A stretch of 63,653 bases of DNA, filler included, from Welwitschia mirabilis (GCA_051453625.1; 4 parts of one record of this genome joined end to end with filler, not necessarily neighbours in it), one strand, 5' to 3'; shown: positions 14,380-28,089, counted from the whole stretch's first letter. Translations and numbers: made by a program. Notes: generated by a model from the sequence alone, not told the origin.

Positions 14380-16140
14380 ATGGGAAGAGAAATCTATTGT
14401 CAAGTTATGTAAGGATGGTATTATTAGAAGGTATGTAAGTGAAATGAAATAGATTAGAGAGAGTTATTACAAACTTTTCTTAAAGAAGAAGGAGGAGGTC
14501 ATTGTGAAGAAAAAAGAACAACCATAACATTATTATATGTAGGATATTATTGGCCTACTCTATTTAGAGACTTTTTTAGTAATGCTAAGAGCTATGATAA
14601 ATGTCAAAGAAAAGAAGCATGATTAAAAGTAATAGATATGTTTCAATAATGAATTCAAGATTTGAAATCTTTTTATGTTTTGTGAGCAGATTTTATTGGT
14701 CTTGTTGATTCAAAATTGTATGGAAAGAAATACATTTTGGTCTATGTGGATTATTTAACTAAATGAGATAAAGTTGAGGATATTTCTAATTGTTGCATAG
14801 AAACAATTATTATATTTTTGTCNNNNNNNNNNNNNNNNNNNNNNNNNNNNNNNNNNNNNNNNNNNNNNNNNNNNNNNNNNNNNNNNNNNNNNNNNNNNNN
14901 NNNNNNNNNNNNNNNNNNNNNNATTCTTTAACAAGCTCCTTGGTTTGCGAACATCACCAATTTCTTAGTAAGTAAAAAGATACTTCCTTACTTAAGATAT
15001 TATGATAAAAAGAAGGTTATTAAGGGAAGTAAAAGATTACATATGGAAAGAGAAATCTATTGTCAAGTTATGTAAGGATGGTATTATTAGAAGGTGTGTA
15101 AGTGAAATGAAATAGATTAGAGAGAGTTATTACAACCATAACATTATTATATGTAGGATATTATTGGCCTACTCTATTTAGAGACTTCTTTAGTAATGCT
15201 AAGAGCTATGATAAATGTCAAAGGAAAGAAGCATGATTAAGAGTAATGGATATATTTCACTAAGTAATTCAAGATTTGAAATCTTTTTATGTTTTGCGAG
15301 CAGATTTTATTGGTACTATTGATTTAAAATTGTATGGAAAGAAATATATTTTGGTCTATGTGGATTATTTAACTAAATGAGATAAAGTTGAGGATATTCC
15401 TAATTGTTTCTATGAAACAATTATTAGATTTTTATCTAGGAATATTTCTAATAGGTTTGGTATGCTTAAGAGTCCTATATTAGATAGGGGATTCCATTTC
15501 ACTATCCTATCCTTTACCAAACTTCTATCTAGATTTGGAATCCATCATAAACTCTCTTCTGCTTACCATCCCTATTTAAATGCTCAAGCTAAGGTTATAA
15601 ACAAAGAGTTAAATCGAATTATAACTAAATCTATAAACACTAAAAGAATTGATTGGGCATAAAAATGTAAAACTTACTAAAGCATTATGGTCCTACATGA
15701 TAACATAAAAGAATGGTATAGGTTTTACACTTGATGAGATAGCTTATGATAAGAAAGCAATTCTACTAATTGAATTAAAATTAAAATCTTATAAATTACC
15801 TAAACAATTAGATTATAACTTAGAAAAATCTTAGGAATAGTAGGTTCAAAATATGATAAAACTAGATCAATATAAAAGGGAAGCCTTAATAACGAAAGAA
15901 TCAATCAAAAAGCAAGTAAAGGCTTAGCATGATAAGAACAATAGAAAACCAACTTTAAAATTAGGAATAACATATTGGTTTTTTATTCTAAATATATAAA
16001 ATATATGTAAAAATACTAAAAAATGGATTGGAATGTATATTTTAATAAAAATCCTACCAAATGTAGTAGTATAAATGTTTGAGAGTGAAACAAAAGAAAC
16101 ATATTAAGTAAATGGTTGTAGTATCAAAACTTATACTGAA
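14380..16140 (+). pseudogene. Gypsy integrase relic (partly duplicated across a gap)
   Basis: GGGH...GYYWPTLFRDFFSNAKSYDKCQR (HHCC region), ADFIG, ILVYVDYLTK, and ORF 15462-15662 DRGFHF...HKLSSAYHPYLNAQAKVINKEL. Confidence 0.9.
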
Positions 16141-19100
16141 GGATTCTCACTTCTATATATAATTGGATAACCTTATAGGATGAAAAGGATTTTGCCCATT
16201 CATGCCTTCCCGTCATAATAATAAAAGTTTTTAAAAATAATACATAAATTTAAAAAATAAAAAAAATCTTTATCATATAATAAGTCTTATTCTCTGAAAA
16301 TGGAAAATGGATGTTTTTCTACATTTTGTGATAGATGGATGTTTCATCTAAGGAAGAAGTAAGACTTTGAAAAATAAATAAGTTACAAAAACAAAAATAA
16401 CTAAATAATTAAAATAAATAGGAGTACTTGTAAAAATATCAATTGATTTAAAAAATAGTTTGCAATGTCCTAACATAAGTAAACTAGGGTAAATAATCTT
16501 GAGAAGAATCTTTGGTAGTGCAATAAGGTAGCTCTGAAAACTCCAATAAGGAATTGGTAGCCCATGATCTAGGTATTTAACTCTGTGAGTCATTATTCCT
16601 TGGTTAATGATTGCACTTTCTTCATTACAAGTGTTTCTTAACACTAATAAAAACATGTTGATCCAAAATTATAAAGGGATAATCATCCTCCGAGTATCAC
16701 TTGAGGGATGATGAGTTACCAACATCTTTTTCAAACCAAGTGTACCTTAAAAACTATAAATAATTACACAAGTACAACTATATTATTCTAACTAATGGGT
16801 TATTTGAATAAATATTTCTTTTTTATATTTATCCTAACAAAATAAATTCTAATGCTAAAAAAGAATCTGTAATGTACATAGTTTTCATAAGTTGGAATTG
16901 AACATATCGAAGTAAAATACAACTAATATTTCATAATAAAAAACTTTTATTTTAGTTTCATAGCATTTACTAGTAGTCTTAGAACAAAAAATAAGAGTTT
17001 TATAGGTATTATTTAAATTTAGAGCATTAAACATAATTTANNNNNNNNNNNNNNNNNNNNNNNNNNNNNNNNNNNNNNNNNNNNNNNNNNNNNNNNNNNN
17101 NNNNNNNNNNNNNNNNNNNNNNNNNNNNNNNNNNNNNNNNCTAGTAGTCTTAACACAAAAAATAAAAGTTTTATAAGTATTATTTAAATTTAGAGCAGTC
17201 AATATAATTTAACTAAAAAGACAAGATACATAATTTAACTAAAAATACTAGATGTAACTTAAGTCTAAAATTTCAAAAGGACTGTCCCTTAAAATTGTTC
17301 TTCCTCCTAGACCTTATTTGGCTAACACTCTCTAATGGTAAGAGTAGATGTAGTTGGTGTAAGTAATCAATTAGGATAACAATCTTCTTAGTGTAGGAAT
17401 CCTAGAAGTTTGAATAAGTTAAATCATCCTAGGAAACCCATATTCTTAAATGATCTTCAACAAAATAAAGAGCTAAAAGACTTAGAGCTAGGTTGTTACC
17501 TTTTATTTGCTAAAATGCTTTACTCCAACTCTTGAATTTGACCTACAAATTATCCTAGGGATGCATCATATCTATTAATTTCATTGATAAGAGTATAACT
17601 TAGCTTAGTGACCCTAATCCTAAGATATTTAATTACTGAGTAATAGAATATAAGACTATAACAAGGAGGAATTACATCATGAATGAATTTATTCTTGCTA
17701 TCTTTATGAAGTATATCATCCAATAGAAATAAAACCTTGAAAACTATATTATAAGAGGATAGATCAATGGTGTAAACATTTTAAATAGAGACTTAAGGAG
17801 ATGTTTCATTCATGCTAGTGATGTTCACTTCTATTTGAGTGTTTCTAAGTTTAAAAAGATAGCAATTTGATTTCTTGATTTGGGGAGGAGTGAGAGGAGG
17901 AGTTGATAGGTTTTGAGAGTTAAAAAACATCTTGTATAAAGACTCTAAGTAAATGATTAAGACAATCAAAGAACTAGTATATTTAAATACATTGAAAAGT
18001 TAAAGGAGAGATAGTGCTTAATTATTAACTTTAGCAAAATAAGGCCATAATTGGTTTTATGACTTACTCCATAGAAGTANNNNNNNNNNNNNNNNNNNNN
18101 NNNNNNNNNNNNNNNNNNNNNNNNNNNNNNNNNNNNNNNNNNNNNNNNNNNNNNNNNNNNNNNNNNNNNNNNNNNNNNNNNNNNNNNNNNNNNNNNNNNN
18201 NNNNNNNNNNNNNNNNNNNNNNNNNNNNNNNNNNNNNNNNNNNNNNNNNNNNNNNNNNNNNNNNNNNNNNNNNNNNNNNNNNNNNNNNNNNNNNNNNNNN
18301 NNNNNNNNNNNNNNNNNNNNNNNNNNNNNNNNNNNNNNNNNNNNNNNNNNNNNNNNNNNNNNNNNNNNNNNNNNNNNNNNNNNNNNNNNNNNNNNNNNNN
18401 NNNNNNNNNNNNNNNNNNNNNNNNNNNNNNNNNNNNNNNNNNNNNNNNNNNNNNNNNAGTTAAAGAAGAGATAGTGCTTAATTATTAACTTTAGGAAAAT
18501 AAGGCCATAATTGGTTTTATAACTTACTCCACAGAAGTAGTACTAAGTTAGAAGAACTCCATCCCTTTGACTATGTTCTTATAAGTGAATTATGTTAAAA
18601 ATATTACATTCTTGCATTGTTGTTGTGATTAGAGCTTGGAAATTCCCTTCAAGTAGTAATTAAGTACTTGAAGACCCACTTTTGAGATCTACTAATAGTT
18701 GAACTAGAAGAAATAAAACTATGAGATTTTATCTCTCTTCCTATTTTTCTTTATCCCTTTGCCTTTTCTAATTATTCCTTGGTTTCTTAAAGACCACTTT
18801 AAGATCATATTATAATGATGGAAGAAGGTTTACACATTACTCATTAAAGACTCATTCAATGAATGAATCCACAACTTTGACCTTGTTTACTTTAAACAAA
18901 GAGAAGTGGTTAAACTTAAGCTTAAGTAAATTTCTACTATTATGCTATAGCTTAAAGAAATGCTACTTGAAGGCCCCTTAAAGTACTCATGGATTGATGA
19001 AGGATCATCTTCAAGTAGAAATAGACTTCTTGAAGGTCCCTTTGAATAACCATTAATTATTTGAAGATTCCCTTTACTTCGGTAAGGAAATGACTAATTT

Positions 19101-19674
19101 GATTCTAACACATGGGTGACAAGCATTAAAAAATTCATAAAAGAACTCAATAATAGGTAGTTTTTTAAATCTAAAGTTATCATTTTTTCTAAATTTTCTT
19201 GCTATAATTTTTTGGTAATATGACTATATCTCTTACTTGATAGAACTCTATGGAAACTTATCATGTCTAGGTAAAAACTTATCTTTGTCTTTATCTTTAT
19301 TATTTAATAAGTATTTAGAACTATGCTATTTTTGTAGTGGGATGAAGTACACAAAAATTTTAAGTTTATTCAAAATCTTCTTATCATTAATGAAGTAAAA
19401 TATGAGCATTTGGAGTTTTAAGAATAGGATTTCTTATATGAATTTTTATATAAGATGAGAACTTAAACTCCAAGCTAACCCTTAAATTATTTTATATAAA
19501 AGCTAAAATTATACCAATTGTAAATTATTAAAAACTTTTTAATGATCTAGAATTTGCAAGACTTAAATAGAGAATTATTAGATTAAATTGGTGAGAATAA
19601 TTAAATTTCATTGAGAAATATAGTAATGAATAAGTTTATTGATTTTATAAAAATATATATTTTTTAGAAGAATA

Positions 19675-21008
19675 TGATAGGATCGAGAATCCTAGGGGGA
19701 TGAATAGGTTCTTTCAAAAGTTAAGCATAAATCTAAAATATGTCTATCTAAATCACAACGTGCATATAAAAAGAATTAAATCAAGAATGACATATAATAA
19801 TGAAAAACTGAAAGCAAAGAATCAAAAATAAAATTCATAAGCTACCAAAATCAATGCACGCTAGATTTACAGTGGTTTTGGGAACTCCCTTACTCTACTC
19901 TTCATGATCAACTTCTCTCAAGCTTGATCTCAGATCTATGTTACTCCACAGGTTTTCCAGGTTTATCTGTAACCCTTACAAGTAGACATTTACAGGCTAA
20001 GTCTCAACCTTTGCAATGGGATTTTACAGGCTAAGTCTCAACCTATGAAATTAACTTTTATAGGTTGAGTCTCAACCTCTGAAAGCAATGGATGTGATAA
20101 AGTGATGCCTTGATTTCTCAGATATCACACGTTCTGTAGCAGTGCAATGAATGGATCTCTTCTCTAATAGATCACAATAATAAAGCTCTCAGATCTGATT
20201 TTGAATAAAGCTCTTATGCCAAAGATAGATCTCNNNNNNNNNNNNNNNNNNNNNNNNNNNNNNNNNNNNNNNNNNNNNNNNNNNNNNNNNNNNNNNNNNN
20301 NNNNNNNNNNNNNNNNNNNNNNNNNNNNNNNNNNNNNNNNNNNNNNNNNNNNNNNNNNNNNNNNNNNNNNNNNNNNNNNNNNNNNNNNNNNNNNNNNNNN
20401 NNNNNNNNNNNNNNNNNNNNNNNNNNNNNNNNNNNNNNNNNNNNNNNNNNNNNAGATATATAATGTCTAGAAATTTTAGTTTTCTGTGCTATCTAGTCAA
20501 CCCCACAAAAATTCGGTCGACCCCATGTGGGCTCTTTCAACCCCATTCTGGGTCTGGTTGACCCCTTACCTCTTAGTGTGAAACTATTTCTTATCATCTT
20601 CTTTGGTCTGGTCGATCTCATAAAAATCTAGTTAAGCCCTTTGATCTCAGTCTGGGACTATTTCTTATCAGTTCCTCAAATCTGGTCGTCCTATGAAAAT
20701 CTGGTCAACCCCTTTCCATTTGGTCTAGGAAAACTGACTTTCAGGTTACAGGTCTGGTCGACCCCATCAGAATTCGACTGATTCCTTTGGGTTCAGTCCA
20801 TTTTTCTTGTGATAGCTTCAGGTGCAGTTGACCCCTTTAGAATCCAGTCATCCCCCATTGAAGAGTAATTTATCTCAGCAGGTTTCTGGTGCATTTTTGA
20901 TCCAATTCTTTCACCTACAAAACTCAATCTCATCTGCACACTAGATACAACATTTTGTACTACACAAGAAATATTAGTTTGATATCAATTGGTAAATATA
21001 ATTTAACA
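19675..21008 (-). mobile_element. Sirevirus/Maximus-like copia 3' LTR
   Basis: TG...CA termini. The end motif CCTAGGGGGATGAATAGG is typical of reverse-oriented SIRE LTRs. Repeated GGTCGACCCC-like palindromes at 20490-20860. Immediately followed by a reverse PPT, ATCTTCCTCTTTGATATTGATGGCAAAC. Confidence 0.75.
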
Positions 21009-22921
21009 ATCTTCCTCTTTGATATTGATGGCAAACAAATAAGTGATTTCAAAAAATGGAATAATTTTAAGCTCTTTCACCAAAACATTTTAGGCATATT
21101 ATAATCAAAACTCCTCCTTACATCAAGGCATATAAACATTTAAGCAAAAAGTAAAATAAACAAGCATTTCTACCCCTTTAATAAAATACTTGAATAAAAA
21201 TACTTTGAGAGTATAACATCTTTAAAAAATACTTTTGAAAGCACTACATATTCTCTTCCCCTTTGATATCAATGATACATAAATATAAAACTTACATATA
21301 CAGCCAGAAGTATCAAATTTTTTTTTCTCCCCCTATCTTAATACCAAATGATAAAATTGATAAGCCAAAAATTTAATACACATTTAGGTATTTTGAATAG
21401 ATAACATTTTGTGCATTTTAATGATATAATTAGATTATGCACAATTTGATAATACCAAATGATAATGCAAAATGTGATAAAAAACACTTATTATAAATAT
21501 TTTGGTTCATTTTTAATTGAGATAGTAATTTAATTCTCTTAAAAAACAAGCATATATAATTTCATGCTACAAATTGAGAAATACCAAATGATGCTAATTG
21601 ATACACAATTTTCACTAAAAAACAAGCCATTAAAAGGATTATAACTGAAAATAAAAAGCACTCGTTAGGAGCATACATCTGAAGATTAACAAATAGGAAC
21701 AATAAAAACCTCTTCTTTTTAAAAACAAAAGTAAACACTAAAGCATAATCTGAAAGACACGAAATTTTAATCTAATTCTTCCTATTCTTCTTCTTCCTCT
21801 TCNNNNNNNNNNNNNNNNNNNNNNNNNNNNNNNNNNNNNNNNNNNNNNNNNNNNNNNNNNNNNNNNNNNNNNNNNNNNNNNNNNNNNNNNNNNNNNNNNN
21901 NNACCCCATCAGAATCCCTCTGGATTTAGTCCATTTTTCTTATGATAGCTATAGGTGCAGTTGACTCCTTTAGGATTTGGTCGATCCTAACTTGTAGGTA
22001 ATTTATCTCAGCAGGTTTCTAGTGCATTTTTTATCTAATTATTTTACCTGAAAAACTCAATCTCATCTACACACTAGATACAACTTTTTGTACTACATAA
22101 GAGATATTAGTTTGATATCAATTAATAAATATAATCTATTTATCTTCCTCTTTGACATTGATGACAAACAAATAAGTAATTTCAAAAATGAAATAATTTT
22201 AAGCTTTTTTAACAAATAATTTTAGACACATTATAATCAAAACTCCCCCTTACATCAAGGCATATAAAAATTTAAGCAAAGAGTAAAATAAATAAGCATT
22301 TCTTTCCCTTTGTCAAAATACTTCAACAAAAAATACTTTGAGAGCACAAAATATTTAAAAAAATACTTTTGAAAGCACTAGATCTTCTCTTTCCCTTTGA
22401 CATCAATGGCACATAAATATAAAACTTAGATATATGGCTAGAAGTATCAAAACTTTTTCTCCCATATCTTGATACCAAATGGTAAAAATGATAAGCCAAA
22501 AATTTGATACACATTTAGGCATTTTAAATAGATAACATTTTGTACATTTGAATGATAGAATTAGATTACTCACAATTTGATAATGCCAAATAATAATACA
22601 AAGTGTGATAAAAAACACTTATTGCAAATATTTTAGTTCATTTTTAATTAAGATAACAATTTAATTCTATCCAAAAATAAGCACAAATAATTTTATACTA
22701 AAAACTAAGAAATACTAAAAGATGCTAAGGGATACACAAATGCTAAAATAGATAACTGATTTTCATTATAAAAACCATTACAAGGATTATAACTAAAAAT
22801 AAAAAGTGCTCATGAGGAGCATACATTTAAAGATTAACAAACAGGCACAATAAAAATCTCTCCTTTTTAACAACAAAAGCAAGAAGAGAACAATAAAGCA
22901 TGATCTAAAAAATAAGAAATT
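21009..22921 (-). mobile_element. Sirevirus 3' internal region with multiple PPT-like tracts (duplicated across the gap at 21803-21902)
   Basis: Repeated CTCCCCCTT/TTCCCCTTTG tracts at ~21110, 21170, 21255, 21325 and in the second copy at 22140-22470. Confidence 0.65.
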
Positions 22922-23884
22922 TTAATTTGATTTTTCTTCTTCTTCTTCCTCTTTAGATTCTTCCTCTTTAGATTCTTCCTTTGAATCTTCATCATCTCCT
23001 CTAGTATCAGTAGAGATGGTTCCTTCAGCTAAGGTATCTATAATTTTATATTTAGCTGGAATGAGTGATTCTTTCATGTGTCTAACGTAGGAGTCAATCC
23101 ATTTTAGATATGAAAGAGTCTCATCTAGAAATGTTGCTTTTGGAGTTTCAAAAGGGGATTTCTTTGAAGAGGCAAAGATATGCATGTGAGATAAAGATGC
23201 ACATCCAATAGGTGACAAAGGCTGAAGAGTCTCCAAAGAAAGATATAAATTTACACGAAAATGGCAACATAGTTTAGTGATAAGCACAGAGTAGGGTAAG
23301 GCCCTAGTTCTATGGTACTCTAACTATGAAGCCATATTTTTCGATATTATGGCAAGAGCATCAATAAAATGTTTAGTCCCTACCAAATACATCAAATATG
23401 CTCTATAGCTGGAGGCTTCATAACGATGACCAGCTAAAGAAAGAAAGTTATAAGTAAAAATTAAATGAATAATGATATTTGGAAGTCAATAAAGAAGTAG
23501 GTAAAGTGTGTTTCCAAGTATGCACTCTGCTATAAAGCTCCTAGTCACCACAGGCTTGTCTTTCATGGTGTCTCTGAGAGGTCAGAACTCCTCATAGTCT
23601 TCCCTTGGAAGATCAGTTAGCTTAGAGATGAGGTACACAGTCACTCTTATCCTTATACCCAAAACAAGGATTTCTAGAGTCCTGGTATCACGATTAAAAG
23701 AATTATTATAATAAAACATCCTAGTAAGAAAAGAATAGGTAGGACCTGAGACATCTAATAAGTGGTATAAATCTTCATCTCTTAAGAGCTAGACTACCTT
23801 CTTAAGTTTTCTGAGCTCATATGTGTTCACAGATCACTCCTAGTACATAGCTCTCTTCTCAAACTTATCAGAGAACTTGTCAAT
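22922..23884 (-). pseudogene. Sirevirus extra ORF ('env-like', putative plant transposon protein), with stops
   Basis: Minus strand reads YSFLTRMFYYN...ILVLGIRIRVTVYLISKLTDLP...IIHLIFTYNFLSLAGH...RALPYSVLITKLCCHFRV, ending in an acidic tail. It sits directly 5' of the PPT region and LTR. Confidence 0.7.
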
Positions 23885-23984
23885 NNNNNNNNNNNNNNNN
23901 NNNNNNNNNNNNNNNNNNNNNNNNNNNNTTAATTAATTAANNNNNNNNNNNNNNNNNNNNNNNNNNNNNNNNNNNNNNNNNNNN
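23885..23984. other. Artificial scaffold spacer (44 N + TTAATTAATTAA + 44 N)
   Basis: The 12-mer at 23929-23940 has stops in all six frames, is embedded in Ns, and recurs identically three times. Confidence 0.95.
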
Positions 23985-23999
23985 TACAATAGTCAATAA

Positions 24000-25846
24000 T
24001 GTAAGTTTATAGATGTTACTGAATGATATAAGAGGTATTTCAAGGTTATCATCTAGTGGAATATTTCTATCAGGGATTTTCTGTATAGATGATATTACCT
24101 TCTATTTAAAAAATTTTCATAGCATTATAAATAAAGAAGGATAAGTGGATATTAATAAAGAAAAGGATGTAGAATTCATTATAATTTTAAGGATATTTTT
24201 GTGAAATTTAGCTTCAATAATTAACAAATAGAAGGCAATGCGTGCTCCTCATTTCTATTTAACTAATACTATGTGAGATCCTTTAAGCATGAACATTGAT
24301 ATTCAGCAAGCTATTTTTTAATACTTTTGTAAATTAATCTAGAGGATTAAAAATATGACAAGGATTAGAAAAATTGATATGGATTTTCCTGCAGTAATTG
24401 AAAAAATTTTGTTAATAAGAAATGTTTTCTAATTTTTTTCCTAGAAATAAAAATAGTATAAAAATTTTTGTCATGATACTTCTTGTATTGAAAACATTGA
24501 TACCATCTAGTCTTTCTTGTACTATGAAGGTTGTTTCTTCTAGTCTTCCTTATTGTATGATGGATGGGGATGTAAGGGGTTGTGTGAGAACAAAGGACAT
24601 AGACATAAGAATTTACATGAGAATAGTGGATGTGGATGTGAATACAAGGGTTTGCTTAAGAATGATAAAGACAAGGATTTGCCTAAGGATGACAGACACA
24701 AAAATATGTATTCATATTATTTTCTTCAGAGCTATTTCATAATCTTCTTAGACAGTAACCATCATCTACTTACATTTGAACCATTTGGACTATGATTTGA
24801 GCTTGAAGAGAAATGATTTTTAGATGACAAACTTTATTAGTAACAACTTCATGAGACTATCAATTGAAGACTGCAAGNNNNNNNNNNNNNNNNNNNNNNN
24901 NNNNNNNNNNNNNNNNNNNNNNNNNNNNNNNNNNNNNNNNNNNNNNNNNNNNNNNNNNNNNNNNNNNNNNNNNNNNNATATCACCTTCTATTTAAAACAT
25001 TTTCATAGCATTATAAATAAAGAAGAATAAGTGGATATTAATAAATAAAAATATGCAGAAGTCATTATTATTTTAAGGATAGTCTTGTCAAATTTAGCTT
25101 CAATAATTAACAAATAGAAGGAAATAAGTGCTCCTCATTTCTATTTAACTAATACTATGTGAGATCCTTTAAGCATAAAAATTGATATTCAGCAAGATAT
25201 TTTTTAATACTTTTGTAAATTAATCTAAAGGATTAAAAATATGACAAGGATTAGAAAAATTAGTATGGATTTTCCTGCAGTAATTGAAATAATCTTGTTA
25301 ATAATAAATGTTTTCTAATTTTTTTCCTAGAAACAAAAATAGTATAAAACTTTTAGTCATGATACTTCTTGTATTGAAAACATTGACACAATCTAGTCTT
25401 TCTTGTACTATGAAGGTTGTTTCTTCTAGTCTTCCTTGTACTATGGTGGATGGGGATGTAAGGGATTGTGTGAGAACAAAGGACATAGACATAAGAAGTT
25501 GCATGAGAGTAGTGGATGTGGATGTGAACACAAGGATTTGCTTAAGAACGATAAAGACAAGGGTTTACCTGAGGATGACAGACACAGTAGTATGTATTAA
25601 TATTATTTTATTCAGAGCTATTTCATAATCTTCTTAGACAGTAACCATTATCTACTTACATTTGAACCATTTGGACTATGATTTGAGCTTGAAGAGAAAT
25701 GATTTTTTGATGACAAACTTTATTAGTAACAACTTCATGAGAATATCAATTGAAGACTGCAAGCTATAAGCTAAATAAAATTTACTCAAGAAGTACGTTA
25801 GTGAGATCACAAAATATCTAACATTTTAAATATTACCTAATGTTTT
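24000..25846 (-). pseudogene. Probable retrotransposon gag C-terminal relic with decayed zinc-knuckle motifs (two copies across a gap)
   Basis: Minus strand has an LQSSID segment, a His/Pro-rich repetitive linker, RKTRLCQCFQYKKYH, and FNYCRKIH...PCHIFNPLD*FTK. The plus-strand ORFs here are antisense shadows. Confidence 0.4.
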
Positions 25847-27214
25847 ANNNNNNNNNNNNNNNNNNNNNNNNNNNNNNNNNNNNNNNNNNNNNNNNNNNNN
25901 NNNNNNNNNNNNNNNNNNNNNNNNNNNNNNNNNNNNNNNNNNNNNNNNNNNNNNNNNNNNNNNNNNNNNNNNNNNNNNNNNNNNNNNNNNNNNNNNNNNN
26001 NNNNNNNNNNNNNNNNNNNNNNNNNNNNNNNNNNNNNNNNNNNNNNNNNNNNNNNNNNNNNNNNNNNNNNNNNNNNNNNNNNNNNNNNNNNNNNNNNNNN
26101 NNNNNNNNNNNNNNNNNNNNNNNNNNNNNNNNNNNNNNNNNNNNNNNNNNNNNNNNNNNNNNNNNNNNNNNNNNNNNNNNNNNNNNNNNNNNNNNNNNNN
26201 NNNNNNNNNNNNNNNNNNNNNNNNNNNNNNNNNNNNNNNNNNNNNNNNNNNNNNNNNNNNNNNNNNNNNNNNNNNNNNNNNNNNNNNNNNNNNNNNNNNN
26301 NNNNNNNNNNNNNNNNNNNNNNNNNNNNNNNNNNNNNNNNNNNNNNNNNNNNNNNNNNNNNNNNNNNNNNNNNNNNNNNNNNNNNNNNNNNNNNNNNNNN
26401 NNNNNNNNNNNNNNNNNNNNNNNNNNNNNNNNNNNNNNNNNNNNNNNNNNNNNNNNNNNNNNNNNNNNNNNNNNNNNNNNNNNNNNNNNNNNNNNNNNNN
26501 NNNNNNGATCACAAAATATCTAACATTTTAGGGTTGATTGTAAATCATCACTGTCTCTTATAAAGTTCCTATATGTGATGTGTAAAAAACATTTGGAGGA
26601 TATTGTGGTCAATTAAAACTAGTATAATTACTTCATACATATAAAACTAATAAGAAAATTTTATTTTATTATCAACTAAATTATTAGTGTTTTCATTGTA
26701 TAATTGTAAAAATATCTATAACTTTTATTTTTTATGATTATATAGATAAATCAATTACTATTTCATGTTGTATTCTTTCCCATTTCAAGTATTTACAAGT
26801 CATGAAATCATCTTATCCTAGTTTCAAAACCCTAAATCATCTCAAGACTTTTTTTTTTTTTGGTAAATCCTATATTAGGATTTTATCTTTAAATGGGTAG
26901 AAAATCCTTTTTCCTTATTATTAATCAAATAGAAGTTCTTATCTTTTCTTATATAATGAATGAGTCCTTATCTTCAAGAGCAAGAGGATCTAACACGAAG
27001 TTTTTTCTATCAATTTTATACTTTACTTTAAAGTTTACTATTGTAATCAGCTTTTAAGATGCTAACCATAAACTATTAATACTTTTCTATAACAATGATA
27101 ATAAATAATAGTCTAATCATTACGAGACCATGATTAACTTGATAAGGTCCTAACTAATGGAATATGAGTTCATTATGTGTTATGCTTGCCTATGCAGTTA
27201 TCATTCAACAATAG

Positions 27215-27900
27215 TACTAATTGAAAATGACTTGAGCCTTAGCTATGTATTGTTAGTTAAAAGCCCATAGTCTTTTCTCATTAAAATGTTGTAATTAAAA
27301 GAGGCGTTCTTCAAGATTGGCTTTGCAACCTAGAAGATTGAAGGCTTGGTAGGTTTCAAGAGATTTAAAGACTACATCACTAGAAAGGACATAGGATTTA
27401 CCATATAGTAGTTTATAAGGAAAGAATCCTAAAAATTCTTTTTAAGAAGTATGATACAACCAAAGAGCTTCATCAAAGTTGACAACCCTAAAAAAGTTAT
27501 GATGCCCCATCATTAGAGACATTACAACTTAATCTTATAGTAATACTTTTCTTTTGCTGTTTGTCATTTTCTTATCTCGACCACATGTTATTGGAAAATA
27601 TGGATTTAATTATAAAATTACCTTAGATTAATGATTAAAATAAGTTAAGCAAAAAGGGAATATGGTGATCAGAAAGAATTTGGTTATTGCTTTAGCCTAA
27701 ATCCTCTTTCAAAAGTACCACTCAAGCCATTGGAGGTTGGAGTATGTGGTGTGCTTTATGGTATTTGTATTCTCTAAAGCTTTTATTTGCTAATAAGAGC
27801 TTTGCACTCATTTATTGAATACATAGGTTGGAAGGTGGCCAAACCTCATTAAATATTTTATGTGCCTTTTATGTTTCATCTATGTTCATGTTAAATTATT
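27215..27900 (-). pseudogene. Gypsy (Athila-like) integrase fragment
   Basis: Minus strand reads MRFGHLP..., STPHTPTSNG, and FDEALWLYHTS*KEFLGFFPYKLLYGKSYVL...EERLF*LQHFNEKRL, matching DDALWAYRT...SPYxLVYGK...RLLQLNELDExR. Confidence 0.7.
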
Positions 27901-28089
27901 TCACTTTATGCTACACTTGCTTCATTAATAATAATTATGCTACTGTTAGTAGAATTGATTTACAAATATAAAATTAGTAGAAAATGAATTAGACTTAGTT
28001 GTCATGTGGTAAGTATGCTTCTACTACTAACACATATAATTACATATAGATATTTGTAGATTTTAATGTAAGTAATATTAATCTAAATA

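Larger units (their letters stand above)
8675..19110 (+). mobile_element. Degenerate Ty3/gypsy (Athila-like) retrotransposon, near full-length
   Basis: gag, protease, RT, RNase H and integrase occur in gypsy order. A long 3' non-coding region follows, then a PPT-like TGGGGAGGAGTGAGAGGAGGAG (17881-17902) and TGATAGG. Outer boundaries are tentative. Confidence 0.75.

Noticed and set aside
16682-16712. Imperfect hairpin ATCATCC...GGATGAT in the gypsy 3' region
   Set aside because: A 7-bp perfect stem is too short to call a structural RNA or terminator.
19325-19339. TTTTTGTAGTG as a CACTA 3' end
   Set aside because: No subterminal repeats and no clear CACTA coding sequence in that scaffold piece.
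24422-25628. Two 106-aa plus-strand ORFs as a duplicated small gene
   Set aside because: They are antisense to a gag-like relic, and the duplication flanks an assembly gap.
27378-27390. CACTAGAAAGG as the 5' TIR of the large CACTA
   Set aside because: It lies inside a minus-strand gypsy integrase relic and has no subterminal repeats.
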